From NCBI GenBank assembly GCA_013265495.1, contig MU057560.1:942753-1006752 (forward strand): a DNA stretch of 64,000 bases, written 5' to 3'. The notes under the pieces were generated by a model. The model was given only the letters and a program-made list of their open reading frames with translations, was not told where the DNA came from and made no database searches. Every line of letters begins with the position of its first letter. The first letter of the stretch is position 1. The DNA comes from Vicugna vicugna. Its lineage: Eukaryota. Made by a program: the position numbers and the translations under genes. Positions 26,950 to 40,684 of the stretch are shown here, one piece after another.

Positions 26950-27085
26950 TTTTGGGGAAGAGAGCAGTCAGTGAAAAAAATGCTTGCTGTTTTCAAACAC
27001 GTATGGGGCTGATATATGCTGGAGTAAGTTGACTTATTCAGTGGGGCTGTGAACGGCAGAACTGTTCAAAATGTGGAGGACGAGA
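26950..27085 (+). mobile_element. L3/CR1 fragment
   Basis: gctgttttcaaacacgtatggggctg...gacttattcagtggggctg..ggcagaact. Confidence 0.45.
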
Positions 27086-27134
27086 TAAACGTAGTGACTT
27101 TTAAGGTCTTTTGTGGGGTAGCACAGTGAGGAGT

Positions 27135-27850
27135 GGGTACTTAATTTAATAATCCCAGTGCAAAATAAAAGTGGGGCATTTGTTTAAAAAGACAGAAAAA
27201 ATTGCAATGAGAGGTACTCATATATACATTTTATTTTCCTTTTTTCTGTTGTCTCTCTCTTGACTTGATGTGGAGTTATTTGTAATTTAATGTTGTGTTC
27301 CCTCTGGAGTGGGAAGCTTGTGGGGCAAGTGCAGACCCTGGGGGTACCCACGTGGAGTACCCAATGACAGCAGGGAGTCTTCTGGCTCCAGCCCCCTCGC
27401 CCATCTGCACCTGCGCTCCACGCCCCCGTGACCCTCCTCACTGGGATGCTTCTGTGCTGGGTCAGGATGGGTGAGAGGCTGACCTGCCAGGTTGCTTTCC
27501 AAAGACACTGGGGCTGCAGCCCAGGGCGGGACAGCCACCATTGAATCCATGCCCAGGCACCCACCTGGGCCCTGGAGGCTGGGCAGGGCCTGGGAGGAGG
27601 CTGGGTTGGGTCCAGTGAGTCAGGGGGACAGATCAGGCAGCCAGGAATGCTTCCTAAAGAAGTGGCTGGAGGTAGGACACCCCTGGGCTGACACCCCAGG
27701 CCCTGGTGAGCACCCTGTTGTGCCAACTGACTTCTCTTTAAAAGCTCAAAGTCACAGATGAAATTGTTAAGGATTTCAAGACAGTAAGAGCAGAGCATTA
27801 AACCCTGAGCACTGGGTCCTTCTGAGCCCTGGACCGCAGGTCCCCCCAGC
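27135..27850 (-). mobile_element. MER45-family (long form) hAT-Tip100 element
   Basis: Left end cccagtgcaaaataaaagtggggcatttgtttaaaaa and right end ttgttaaggatttcaagacagtaagagcagagcattaaacc..gggtccttctgagc are reverse complements of the MER45 termini; GC-rich interior. Confidence 0.7.
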
Positions 27851-28324
27851 AGGAGTGGAAGCTGGGGGCAGGGGTGGGGGTCGGGAGGTAGCCAGGCTGC
27901 TTTTACATGACTGTTTAATTGCACACGCAAGCCTAGGCTGACACGTCTCCACTTGTACATCTGTTACTCCTAATGAGGAGTGTGCTGTCGGCCTCACTGT
28001 AGTTCTCTGGAGGTAATTCACTTTTATTTATTATCCTTGGGCACACTTTCTACATAAAGTCTGTGTATTTCTTGACTTCCCTATAAAAATCAGGAATGAT
28101 TTCCATTCTTTCTCCGATACTCCATTCCTCTGGGATTCTTATTAAAGGCATGTTGGAGACCTTCTTCAATTATTGGGAGAACAGGTTGGGAATTGATGCT
28201 TCAATTTCTCTAGCATTCATTAAAAAAATGAAAACTAGGAGTTTCTCTGTGCTACTTTCTCAGATGAGTTGTTAGTCCTGTCTTCCATTTCACTAATTCT
28301 CTTTTTCCAGCCTCAAGGATGGAT

Positions 28325-28857
28325 GGGATGGCCCACTATCACCCCGACCCTTGTGAAATCCTCTCCCCTCTGAGGGTGGGGGTCCCTGTGAAAATGATGT
28401 CAGTGGTAAGTTATATGGCTACATGGAGAGTCTCCGAATGGGCCTAATGGAATTGCTTGAATCCTTTAAGAGCCCAGAGTTCCCTCTGGCTGTCAGCAGA
28501 AGGGAAGTCAGAGATATTCGAGGCAAGAGAGGGGCTTGCCATGCCATGACTGGCTGGAGGATGGAGGGGGCTGCACAAGAAGGGAGGCTGGGAGCCTCCA
28601 CCAGGACAGAGTGGCCCTGGCTGAGAGCCAGCAGGCAAATCGGACCTCAGACCAATGACGACCAGGAATCGGACTCTGCCAGCAACCTCAGGAGCTTGGA
28701 TGTGGACTCTCCTCAGACACATTGGCTTTGCCTTGAAAATACCCAGATCAGAAAACCCAGCTGAGCCCGCCCCGCCTTCTGAGGCATAAGTAAAAAGGCA
28801 TGGTTTTAAGCAGCTGAGTTGGTGGTAACTTGTTACGCAGCATTAGGAAACTGATAC
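28325..28857 (+). mobile_element. MaLR solo LTR (MLT1E/F-like)
   Basis: gcagaagggaagtcagagatattcga; ggctgagagccagcagg..ggacctcag; tctgccagcaacct; 3' end ttttaagcagctgagttggtggtaacttgttacgcagcattaggaaactgatac. Confidence 0.85.
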
Positions 28858-29842
28858 TCCATCTACATTAAAAAAAAAAATCCAGGTCTGCATTTTTCTG
28901 TGTCAGATTTGTAGTTGGCTTTTTAAATATCATGATTTGGTAGCTGGTGGTTTAGATAATCTTGGCATGAAGACTTATTTTGTTTAAGGATATCTTTATC
29001 TTTGCAACAAAAACTGAGATTTTATCCTTTTGAATAACACATCCGTACTTATGTTAAGGGCACAGTCTTCTGTAGAATTAACTCCATCTAGAGCGAATTC
29101 CTCTTCTGATCATTTACTTTGTGTATCTCAGCATTAAATTACTGCTAACTTGTACCCATAATGTGGTCTGTAGTCATTAGAGTGCGTTCTCATTGTCCTC
29201 TGTCTTTGTCCCTTTGTGATTATTATCACCTGCCTGTAGAGAGCGCTCCCACCACCTCCACCTGGCCTCTGCCTTCCAGTCCAGAACCACGTCTTAACAA
29301 GTGTTCAGGGACTCTGTCTCAGATTGCTGTCGGGGACATATTTCCTTGTCAAAGACTGTCAGGTGTCGTCTCCCTCGCTAAATACATTTTTTAAAGCCAT
29401 CGCAGAAAGTGGAATCGACAATCATTGCTGATTTTCAGGCTCCTTTAAAATAAGGAAAGATGCCACCTGTATCTGGCACCAAGGGGTGAGACTGGAGGGC
29501 ACCTGGCTCCTTTTACACCCAGGTGGCTTTCCGTTTCCCACCCTAGAGGAGATCCCGCTCTGCTCTGTTTCCCTGTTGAATTCTGCATCCCTCAGAGCCG
29601 TGTCTGAGTGTCAGGCATTGTCCCTGCTGTTCTCTGCGGCTGTTTTACCCACCAAAGCGCCTTGAGCAGAGGGGCTGGTCAGGAGGTGAACCGTGCTGCC
29701 ATCTTAGTGAGAAGCTGTATTATTTCATCTTTCCCACTTCAGTTTTCTCCCCTCCAACACACCGGCGATGCTGTCTGCCCTGCTGACGTTGGAAGTTTGT
29801 CGAGACAGTCAAGTGGGACAAGGTATCTGAAATGTTTCAAAA

Positions 29843-30004
29843 ACAGCACAGGGAAATATACACAAGATCTCATGGTAGCTCACAGAGAAAAAAATGTGAC
29901 AATGAATATACGTATGTTCATGTATAACTGAAAAACTGTGCTCTACACTGGAATTTGACAAAACATTGTAAGATGATTATAAATCAAAAAATGTTTTAAA
30001 AAAA
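29843..30004 (+). mobile_element. Young lineage-specific L1 3' terminus
   Basis: agcacagggaaatatacacaagatc...tgtgacaatgaatatacgtatgttcatgtataactgaaaaactgtgctctacactggaatttgac..; highly similar to 54801-54912. Confidence 0.9.
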
Positions 30005-32169
30005 GAGATACAAATTAAAAAGTAATAAAGGGTTGAGAAGGCTAAATTTTAACAGGAAATATTGGTATGAATTCATGATTTATATGTATGTAGATATCTT
30101 CTTTTTTTTTGAGACAAATGGCTTATTTAGTAACAAGGGGTAAAATTCCTCTTCTGTCTTCAAAAAAAAAAGTACACTTAATAGAAACATTAAACTGTCA
30201 CATTGGAAGTCCCATGTGGTAATTTTTATCCATCACCAAAGGCTGAACATGTTGTCCCATGGAAGGACACTTAATGCTTTAATGTCTTTTACTTTGGAAG
30301 ATTCAAATGGGACAGAGGGGTCGAGGCAGTTAACACGGACTTAATGACAATTCAAGGTCTCAGTCTACATGGTTTGTGCTCTTTGACACTTGTCAAAAGG
30401 CAGGATTTTGAGAGCAGTTACCAATCTCATGTACTGTCTAGGTTTTTGGTTCGAATCTGTGAAATATCCCTTGAACATTCAGAGTCTATTCAGACCAGTT
30501 GGGAAATGGTTTTAGATCATTTTCAGTGGAGAATTACATGAAAGAGCGTGTTTACTGCTGATGTGGCTTTGCAATTGGAAAAGAAAAAATAGAAAAAGAA
30601 AAGAAGAGAACTCTCGGGGTATATGCTGGATACAAATAGACTTGTTTCCAGACAACCAAGTGGTAGGTTTTTATTAAAAGGGACCAGATGCTTTTAGGCA
30701 GTGGATGGATCTATTCTGTTTCATTTTTTTATCCAAATAATCCAGAGCCTTGACTACGTAATGTTGCCAGGTGGACCTGACCGACTGCTCTTTATGTTCA
30801 GAAACCTTAAAGTTGGCTGGGGGAGAGGGGGTCGTGTCTCAGAAAAGCACTCTGTAGGAGTAAGGTCACCCTGGCCAGGAGAATCCAGGACACTGAAATC
30901 AGGCATGTCCCAAAAGGAGGAACGGGTGCTTCTTTCAATAATGGTACAAGGGGCTCACAGCCCTCAGGCAGGCACATCATGCAGAGAATGTGGCCACGTG
31001 TGAAGGCTCCCGGGGAGGGGAGGGTGCTGGAGGTTAGAAATGGTAGAACGTGGGTTCATACTAAAGGACAGAGAGGATCTAGAAATGTGGAGGCTTCGAA
31101 ATACTGTCAGCTTTTGGGGAGCCATCTGACACTTAAAACAAGGCAGCTGATTCCACTGAAAGGGACAGTGTGAGAAAGAGAACAGGGCCGGTCACAGACA
31201 CCTGCCAGCGTGCCTTCTTCCCTCTCACTCCCCACGACTCCGCCCCGACAGCACTCAGACACTGGCTGACCATTGCTCGCTTAACGATGACTTGTCTTCT
31301 CGCCCTAAACGCCAGGAGGGGCTGGACCACGGCCCTGTTGCTCTGCATTTAGCGACCTACCCATGCCCGTGTGCGGCTGCCTGAGCGTTTGAAAGGTGCT
31401 GAAGCCATGGTCTCTAACGTGATCCCAGTCAAACAGCACACATGAGGCAAGCGTGTTATTCATGGGACTGATGGCAAGAGAGTCCTTGTAAGACACACAC
31501 GAAAAGACAATTTTAACTGAAGATTTATGATTCTTCAATACGTTTGTTCTTAAATACGTTTAATAACCAGGACGTTGATTTTTAATGGTTTATCTCATAG
31601 CAGTTACTTTAGTGCTTTCTCCTCGTGTGGCAGTGATCCGTTTCCTGGGCGCCTGAGCAGCGTGGGCGCCTGAAGGCCGGTGTCGGACGCTGGCCTGCGT
31701 CCGCAGCAGGTGGCTGAGGCGGCAGGTGCGCACTGGCTGCACCAGGTCCAGGAGGTGCACATTACATCTGCCTGGACTGCGTGTTGCCACCGATCACGGA
31801 ATCTACCAAACCAGCTGCACAGACAGAGCCAGGACGCCTGCCATGCAGATTCTGGGCAGACGACCAGGTCTTCCTCCCGCGTGGATCACCTGATCGCTTT
31901 CCTAGTGGTACTGATCTATGACTTTTTTAACAAGCTGATGTTTCATAGTTCAAAGCTGGTTTCAATTCACCTCACAGCAAAGTGCCAAGAATGGCACGCA
32001 GACATCCGCTGACCACCCAGTGTCCTGCAGCCACTGGTTGGAGGTGGCTGCTGCCCTGAGCAGCGACTTTTCATTACATGGAAGGTTACGGCACTTGTCA
32101 TGTATAACTGTTACGGAGCATTCAGAGTAGCAAGTCAAATGCAAACAATCTCAGTTAAAATTTCAGACG

Positions 32170-32460
32170 ATGTGTGTCTACATATAATATGTGTGCACAT
32201 ATATAAAATGTGTGCATATATAATATGTCTAATGTATAATATAATCACATAATACCTAATATATACTATAGTTAAATATTATATAACACAGTTATATTAT
32301 ATCTTTATAATTATATAATACTTAATGTGTTCATGTTATTTATCATTATATTTGATAATATAATTATATATGACATAAATATAATTTATTATGTACACAC
32401 ATTTTTTGTATTATATATGTACATGCATTGCATACACACACATGCACAGACATACACAGA
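32170..32460. repeat. AT-rich low-complexity / decayed (TA)n
   Basis: Nearly all A/T with TATA runs. Confidence 0.8.
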
Positions 32461-32679
32461 TCTGAAATTTAAACTGATATCTTTTGCATTTTTAACTTGT
32501 GATTTTTTTTCCAGTGATTTAAAACATACTCCATAGGTTTTAAATCATTAAAACCTATTTTGTAACCTATACTTGATGATTGCATCCAACCTTTGTCATG
32601 GGGCCTGAGGGACACCATTTTGAAAGTTGGAGCAGGTCCTTGGGTCCAGTGGTCAAAGTTGGAGTGAAAGAACCAAGTC

Positions 32680-33130
32680 TTATCCGGGCGGCGTGGCCGG
32701 CAGGCTTCCCGCTGCCTGGGAGTCGGCAGGCCCCTGGGTGCGGGGAGCAGAGGGGGTGGCTGGGATGGGGAGGCCACCGCTCTGTGCCCACAGGCGTGCG
32801 ACCACGCAGGCACACGTGCAGGACGGAGTGGGAGCCCGCGGGAGGGAGACCGGCCGGGATTGGCAAGAATGGGCTGTTTTTCTTTGGGTTGGAAGCTGCT
32901 GAAAAGTCGTGTTTTCTCCATGAGAGCGGGCCTACGACGGAGCTGGGCGAGCTTGGTGACACCGCGGGAAGGGGAGGGTGTTTGCTGCCAGAGACCCCGG
33001 AGGGGCCGCCTCGCGGAGGAGAGGCCGCCTCGCCTCCGCCTCCGGAAGGCAGGAGGCCCACCGTCGAGTCTGGAAGGCGGCCTGCGGTGTGGAAGGAACA
33101 CGGAACTGTGGCCACACAGCCCCGTCCCAA
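32680..33130. other. CpG-rich, high-GC patch (CpG-island-like)
   Basis: Dense CpGs and high GC over about 450 bp; explains the long overlapping ORFs on both strands. Confidence 0.6.
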
Positions 33131-35994
33131 GTTCACCAGAATTCATTCTATGAGGCATTCGTTTTTTAGGCACCTGATGGCTTTGCCTCGGTTCCTTCAT
33201 CTGTCAAGTGGCCTTAAAAAGTCCTTTCTTGACCTATTCTGCTGGGCTGCCTGGAAGAAGAAAAAAGAAGAAGACATTTGAAAAAATGTTTTAAAAATTG
33301 TTTTTTAAAAAAGTGACCTCTGCCGCTTCCTGTGTTTCTCTGTGCCTATTTCTACCCCTTGTGTTTGAAGGTCTGTATGGCAGGGGGTCCCCAGGGTGTC
33401 CAGGCCAGCGCCAGGCACAGAAGACACGCCCAGGTCAGCACCTGCTAAGCGGCAGGTGAGCAGGACCATCACACGTCTCCTAGGCGTTCCCGTGCCCGCC
33501 TCAAGGTTGCTCCTTAACCTCTTTCAAGTACATAGACGGCCTTCTCCTGAGAAAGTCTGAGGATTCAGGCTCTTTCGGGAAAGAACTTGCAGGAGGGAAT
33601 GAATGTTACCATTTCAATCCCATGTGTCCTGAATTTGTCATTTCCGAGGCCCCTCACTTCTGGCTTTTGCCGATTTCCAGTAGATGACTGTTGCGTTGCG
33701 TTTGGGCCGAGCTCAAGACAAAATACAGTTCTAAGCTGACTAAGCTGACTGTTTTAAAAAGTATTTGCAAAACAGGTAGCTGAAGGAAGAATACTGTCAT
33801 AAAAAGTTAGGAATCTTGTCATGACCCCAAAGAAGACAAATGCAAACGAATTTCCAAACGAGAATTTTCTCCAGCTGTTTTTCTATCCGCATTTGCCTGA
33901 TACTTAGATGTGATCAGCTGTCTTGGCAGAGCAAGATGTGGAAATTTTAATTCAGTCCAACATTGCCCACATTTGGGAAGCAATCTGCAAATTTCTTTAT
34001 CTTTAAAATCCCGAATGTGATTTCCGTGAATCTATGTTATGTACTATCTTCTCCATAAAAACAGGTTTAAGAGCAAGAAATCTCTGTGCATTTATTTATT
34101 CCCTCACAAACTTATTTTGCTTCAACTAAAAGAAGCACCTCATCACGCCCTCTCTTTCCTGCACCCAGGGTACAGCTGTCCTTTCCACAGTGAGGTCAGG
34201 AAGCTTAGATGAACTGGGTTCTTGCCTGTGTTCCCGTGGCTCTCTGTAACTGCAATGCCAACAGAAGGGCGGGATGGCCTTTCGGGTTAGTGCTTGGAAA
34301 TATTAGGCTGAGTTCCTGAATCCAAGGTTTTAAATGAACTCCGGCTCCATCGCGTCCAGATCCAGGCCGGGGTTTGCCAGGTGCCAGGTCCCTGCAGGAG
34401 GTGCCAGGACACAAAGTCCGGTGCCCTGGCTCCTGGGGGAGTTTTTGGTGGGGGTTGGAAGCTCTGATGGTGTCCTGCAGGCTTCACTGGGGCCTCCGTG
34501 CCTGTCACGGGACGATGGCAGGGAGAGCTGTCTTTTCAGCCCAGCTCTGGAAAGATCTTAAAGCAAATTAAAAAAAAAAATCATTAGGGGCTTATGGTTA
34601 AGTGTCGCACTCAGGGACTTCTGGCTGCGAAGGCTGTCTGAGAAGAAATAAGGAATGGTGGTGTTTCCAGGGCCCCTCCCCTCCTGTGGACACAGGCACG
34701 CAGCTCAGCTCACAACTTCCTCAAAGATGTCTCCGTCCCAGACGCGGTATTTTGTTTTTGTTGTTGGAATCTTAATGTCTTTGCTTGGCAGCATTCTCTA
34801 TCCCCCTCTGACTCCGTTGCATGAATGCTGGAGATTCAACATGTGAGATTTTCTTTCTTTTTCTAAGGAGGGGGCAGATTTGCTTTTATTTCTTATGACT
34901 TTACCTAAAAAATCATACTATGCAGAAAACATTATTTTAAGTGTTCTTAACCACACACACTGCAACTTGTAGAAATAGTCTCCCATACCTGCTGACACTG
35001 ATCTCCTGGGGGAACTGGCTGTTCATCACGTACCTATTAATGAGACACACCAATGCCAGCAAAATACCCAACCTGCAGACTCTGCCCTCAGACCCTCTCG
35101 CTGGCACTGCTGCTTCTGGTGTAGTTCATAAAATCATTTGCAGAAGCTTCAGATGCATTCATAACACTCTGCATATGAGATATTCATAGATGCCAAAAAT
35201 AATCTTACAAGTAGGCAATTGGATACTTCAGAGAGCGCTAGATTCAAAAGTTCTCTTTGGAAACGCTTTCGTGCGTGAGTGTCCGAGTGTTCACACCTTC
35301 AGTGAAGGAAGCGTCGCCACTCTCTGCGTGTCAGTGAGATTTTCGGAGGGTGATCAGGACAGGTATTCATTTAAACGCCTGACATTCAGGACAACCTCGC
35401 GAACACGTCTTTGGCTCCTACGTCCTCTAAGATGCTACCGCCTGTCATGCCGGGGGGGACAGCTTGGGACAAGGTGCCCGTCATTAAGGAGTAAACTGCT
35501 GGCCTCACCTCTGCTGCCGCCGCTTAAAACCACTTTTTAAAATGTCTCATTTAGACTCTGCTGAGGAGTTGAAAGTCCAGTAACAAAGTCACGATCTATG
35601 TCCGTAATCTCGCCCCTTGCTGCCCAGTCAGATCCGCATGGGGTGCCGCCTGCTATCAGGTACTTATAAAACCAGGACAGCACATAGAATCTCAAAAGTG
35701 ATTAAACGAAAGGCAGTTAATATGAAAGGAGTGTTATTTAAGGGACGCACAGAATGCTTCGTGAGAGGGACTGGATTCCCTCACAGCTTGTATGCCTTTA
35801 AAGGAAGGTTCACCTTCAGGACAGCTCGGAAGTAGACCCTGTTCTCCGTTCATTCAGCCAGCAAGTACTTTTTAAGCATTTACACATGTTCCCTTCTCTT
35901 CTGTGGCTTCTTTATCTTCCCGCTGAAATCGAGGCTCCCATGTAACTGGCTCAGTTATGAACTTAAAGGAAATGCTGAGTTCACGGATTCAACT

Positions 35995-36100
35995 TCCTGA
36001 TTTTATTAAGAGGAAACTGAGGCCCTGAGAGATCAGTGGCTTTGGAGGTCCTCAACTTAAATTACTGGCAAAACTCGTGCCTTTCCCACCATACCTCTTC
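35995..36100 (-). mobile_element. MIR fragment
   Basis: ttttattaagaggaaactgaggccctgagaga core motif. Confidence 0.6.
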
Positions 36101-38031
36101 CCATTACTCCTTGTCTTGTCCCATCGATACCATCTCTGTGGTGCACCTTTCCCCTGGGGTTTTCTGTCTCTGGAAAGCTTTTGAGTCGTCAAAGATTTCC
36201 TCTAGATTCTAGAATATAAAGTAATAAGATAGTAGACAGCAAGCTACAAAGGAGGACGTTGTCATTTTAGTAATACGCACGGTTCGGCTAGTCTTCCAGA
36301 GACAACTGTCTCCAGTTTGTGGCTCAGCCCTGTGAGATGATAACGGTCTGATTTCTAATGCTGTGATCATGGAAGTGTGTGTGCACGCAGCACCGAGGCT
36401 GCCGTCGCTACTGGAAAGCTGAGGTAATGACCGTCTCGTAGCAATCATCCAGTCGTATTTGGATATTAGGTAGAACAGGAATGGTGTGCAGCAGAAGGCT
36501 TGTGGGCCTTTCCTGTTCGGGGCGCTGGCTGCCCGGGGGTGGCTCTGTGCTGTGCACAAACCCCGAGGGACTCGGGGTGGTTCGTGACCTTGAACCACAG
36601 CAAGCGCAACAGTCCGCTCATCTCTGTGTGCCTGGGCGAGTGCGGCTTAGAAGACTTGCCTGGCGCCGGTGTGAAGACACACAGGTGGGGAGGGGGTCAT
36701 TTTGGTTTAATGTAAGGAAGACTTTTCCAGTGCTTAAAATTTTATAAAAGCAAAATAAGCGTCTGATGAAGCCATGAATTTGGCGTCTTTAATGTTTTCA
36801 AAGGCAGGAGGCCTTTGGTTTGGGGATGCTGTAGACGTGCTTTCTGCCCTGAGCGGCAGGTGCTACCTGACAGCTTCTCTGAAGCTGCCTTCTTGGTCTG
36901 CCCATAAAACTGTCCCCCGTCCAGAGGCAGAAAGCAAGCCTCAGGCCACCGGGCACAGGTGGCCCACCCGAGGGCGATGGGGACAGGAACACCCCTGCCG
37001 TCTGCGGTCTCCAGGGGGCCCCAGTAACCAGCACGCAGGGAGGTCCAACCCAGCAGTCCTCCCAGCTCCCGGGCGACAGACGCGAGCAGCGTGTGGAAAA
37101 GCGCGCGTCTGACCCGGGGGCCAAGGGCGGGCTGAGAACTAAGGTGACTCCCAAGCGCTCACTCCGCGTCCGTGTTCTCCTGGCCGCCACGCGAGCTGAC
37201 CGTCTACCCCAGGGCATTACAATTCTTCCTGCTGAGCTTGGCATCGTGGGAGAACGGCCATAACACCCGCGGCAACCATCCGAACACCCGCCACACCACC
37301 GCCACGACTGCTGGCACATCGAGATCGCAGCTCTGGGCTCCGGCTGAGCTACGGATTATCTGAGGTCCGGGCACACCTTTCTTAGGGACCCACTGTCTTG
37401 ACAAGACCCACGTGTGCTAAGAGAGGGCCTTCTGTTGTATGACATAGGATGTTGCACTCCCCTCGTGTAACAGTGTCCATTGCCATGCATGATTGCAGTG
37501 TCGCTGTATCATATATTCTCCTGACAACACTATGTGTTAAATTATATTAAGGTATGATCTGAACTACCCAAGGAATGGGGAGATGCCATGCTAAGAAGCT
37601 AGACCTTCTTTCTGTTGGAACTTTCCAGGGTTCAATAGTCTAGGAAAGTCAACCCGTTCCTTCCCACCCAGAAACATCTGCACATCCACTCACGGGTCAG
37701 GAGCCACGTGGACCTGCCCAGAGAGCAGGACCTCTGTGTGAGGCGCTGGGGCCACGCTGGCGACGTGTTGAAGATGGCGGAGAGGACGAGGAACCCGGCC
37801 GGTGCACCCTGCAGTGCTGTTTGGAGACCAGCTCACGGAGCCGAGTTCCGGATGGCGCTGGTTGACATTTTCTGACAGGTGGAAGGTTGCGGGTGGGCCT
37901 CGGACTTCTGTTCAGCGGTTTGTTTTAGAACTAGAAGACCTGCACCCTTACACATTTAATTTACGGTTTCTTCACATTTTCCTTCTGACTCTTCTTTGCC
38001 ACCTCCTTCCCCCTCATATTTCTCCTTTCAG

Positions 38032-38290
38032 TTTTTTTTTTTTTTTTAAGATTGCATGTTTTCCAGCTGGGTTAGGTTCACAGCAAATTTGGGGGGAAGG
38101 TACAGGGATTTCCAGCACAACCCCTGCCCCTATATGAACATCGTCCCCCGTGATCACCATGACTGCACCACCCCCCAGAGCGGGACACCGATGCTCCACT
38201 CTGTTCCAGTCAGCGAACCTGGGCAGACGCAGCGTCCCCTCAAGTCGGACCGGCGTGCCCTGCAGGTGCGGTAGGTCCTGTGGGTCTGCA
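38032..38290 (-). mobile_element. Old L1 (L1MC-like) 3' end
   Basis: Poly-T, then ttaggttcacagcaaatttggggggaaggtacagggatttcc..acccctgcccc..ccagagcgggaca. Confidence 0.75.
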
Positions 38291-38949
38291 TCCGCCCTCT
38301 CCCACCTGCCTTCTGTCTCTTCCACTTTTCTCTCTTTCTGGTCCTCGTGGGACCCACCTCAGCCCCTGAACCCTCTGGAGCCTGAGAGAATTAAGTTTCT
38401 GCAGAGGCTTTGCATCTCATTCTGAAAAGGTAGATGTTTTCCAGGAGAATCTGTTTGATCCCAGTGACTCTCACCGATGAGGCTCCGCACCATGTGTGTC
38501 TCCCTCCTGGACCGTAACCCGATCTCACTAGCACGCCCCCTCGTCGGACTGCGCCTCCTCTGTCCTGCCTACAAGGTGGCCCCTGTCAGAGAGACGGGGA
38601 CAGAGGAGGACGCTGCTAGTGAGCCCTTAGTCGCCCTGAGTCTGAAGTCTTTGTGAAGCATGACAGGAAATGTGTTCTTACCCCCGGCGCCGTAGGGTCA
38701 GGCCTAGCAAACCAGAAGGATCTCTCCAAAATCTCTTTTCGGAGCTGACACAGGAGGCGGCACGTTTCCTCCTGAGACACCAAGCCGGGCTTCGTGCGGC
38801 CTGGGGTCCGGTTACTGGGATGCATTGCACTGTAACTTCGACAAAAGCTGTAGTCCTTGGTCGGAGAGTAGGAAAGGGCCTTCCCCTGCTTTGTGAGCAC
38901 ATCCTTCTCCAGGCTGCTTCGTAAGGTGTCAGGACACGGCTCTTTCCCA

Positions 38950-39300
38950 AACCACAGGTGAGCAGGGGAGGACGGGCACCGCAGGCCGAGCTGAAGCGGC
39001 AAGGACGCCGGGATGAATTCTTCCTTGCAGAGGGTGGAGACGGCTTTGCAGCTCACGTGGCGAGAAGTGAGACCCTGGAGGAGGAGACGGACGGCAGGCC
39101 CCTCGGAAGTCTGCAGAGGCCTGCCAGGAGGAGGGGAGAACCGGACAGGGCGGCGGTCCCCGGGCTCCGGGAGGGGGTGGCGGCCCAGGTGGCCGTGCGG
39201 CCCCGGTTTCCGCTGGCCCGGCACAGGCCAGCCCGGCAGGAACCCTCAGCCTCCCCCCTGTCTCCCCCGGGCTGGGTCTCAGATCCCTGCACACCGACGA
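38950..39300. other. CpG-rich patch
   Basis: High GC and many CpGs. Confidence 0.5.
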
Positions 39301-40047
39301 CAGTCCTTACACGTTGCAGCACTTACTACAAACTACCCTTCGTCTCCTCTACTTGCCACAGTCTCTTCTTCCATGACATCTTCCTAAATGGGATTTTGAC
39401 ATAATCTATATAGTGCCCTTTTCTCAGATATATTCCTTCAGTGATGACCTCCGTTATTTCTTTGGACTCTTAATTTAAAAAAAAAAAAACACTGTGGGGA
39501 CATCTTTTCCTTAAGTTCTGCCCCGTTCTTATATTTTTATATTAATGAGCCAGAATATTCTTGGTACATTTTCCCCCAGAGGCTATCGTAAAATTATAGA
39601 TTTTAAACAAGTCCTCCTCAGTTTGGCCCACCTGCGACAGCGTGCACTCAGTTCCTTTTCAAAGGGAGCACACCTTTGTATTGTCAGATTGTCAGTTTTT
39701 CTTTTTGGTTTGACGATGTGGAACAGAGTCTCTAACAGCAAAGTATACGTCTTTGCTTAACACATACCTCTTTCTGCTCCCCCCTCTTTACCTTCTCCTC
39801 TCAGAGTACATAAAAGCCGCCCAAAGCTTAGCAGAAGCAAAGCAAAGTGACCTGCAAACTCCAGTCCCGTGCGCGGCAGGCCAGGGTCCTTGCTCCCTTC
39901 CAGACCCCGGCCTCGGGGATTTCAGAGTTTGGTCCGTTTGCCCTTGGGGAGGAGGAGCCCTCTGCCCTCCTCCTGGAGCTTTTGGATCCTCCCATTGAAT
40001 CCTTCGTCAAATGGCACAGCTACCCCCCGCCCCCGCCTGCTGAATAG

Positions 40048-40066
40048 AGACGCCCCCTCTTGGCAC
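40048..40066 (-). promoter_or_regulatory. Candidate CTCF site
   Basis: Minus strand GTGCCAAGAGGGGGCGTCT versus the CTCF core TGGCCACCAGGGGGCGCTA; motif only. Confidence 0.4.
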
Positions 40067-40573
40067 AGTGGAACGCCTCCCGGGCCGGCGGCCGGCGGCT
40101 CCGAGCGCAGGGGTGCCGTGCCCCGGGTGTCACAGAACACTCTGACTCCGGGTGTAGGGTCCCCTGGCAAATGACGCGTCCCAGCCTGCTGCTTACAGGA
40201 TGTGGTCTTTCAGAGAGAAACACGCCGTTTCAATGAGCTTATTTTCATGTTTTCTCTGCTTTTCTCCAAATTGTGGAGCAAAAGTAGACTTTTTTTTTTA
40301 TTTCTCTCTGCTCCGGAGGATGTAGCCCCACTAGCAGTCTTCTCTCAAGAGACATGAGGATGCGAGTCATCTCGTCTCAGAGAAACACCGGTGGTTTTTT
40401 TAAGATAATAAAATAAAAACCCAACAGGGAACCCATCATCATGCTGTCATTTCAGGTCTGTGATCACCTTTTTCTTGGTCTGACTTACTGTCTAATCAGA
40501 AATATCTTGTATTCTATCTGGGCCTTTGTCTTTCCCATCTGTAACACAGACTAGAGGAGGGAACATCTGAGTT

Positions 40574-40684
40574 ATTTTGGGGGGGCGGTAATTAGGGTTT
40601 TTTTTTTGTGGAGGTGCCGGGGATTGAACCCAGGACCTCGTGCACGCTAAGCACACGCTCCACCACTGAGCTAAAACCTCTCCC
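40574..40684 (-). mobile_element. tRNA-derived SINE, Vic-1-like
   Basis: Reverse complement gggagaggttttagctcagtggtggagcgtgtgcttagcgtgcacgaggtcctgggttcaatccccggcacctcca...cctaattaccgccccccc; TSD-like atctgagtt / atctaagtt. Confidence 0.92.

Noticed and set aside
27184..27960. 258-aa ORF on the minus strand
   Set aside because: It runs through a decayed MER45-like non-autonomous element; no transposase or other motif.
32469..33281. Overlapping 189-243 aa ORFs on both strands
   Set aside because: They lie over a GC-rich patch with few stop codons; Pro/Arg/Gly-rich translations with no recognisable domain or splice structure.
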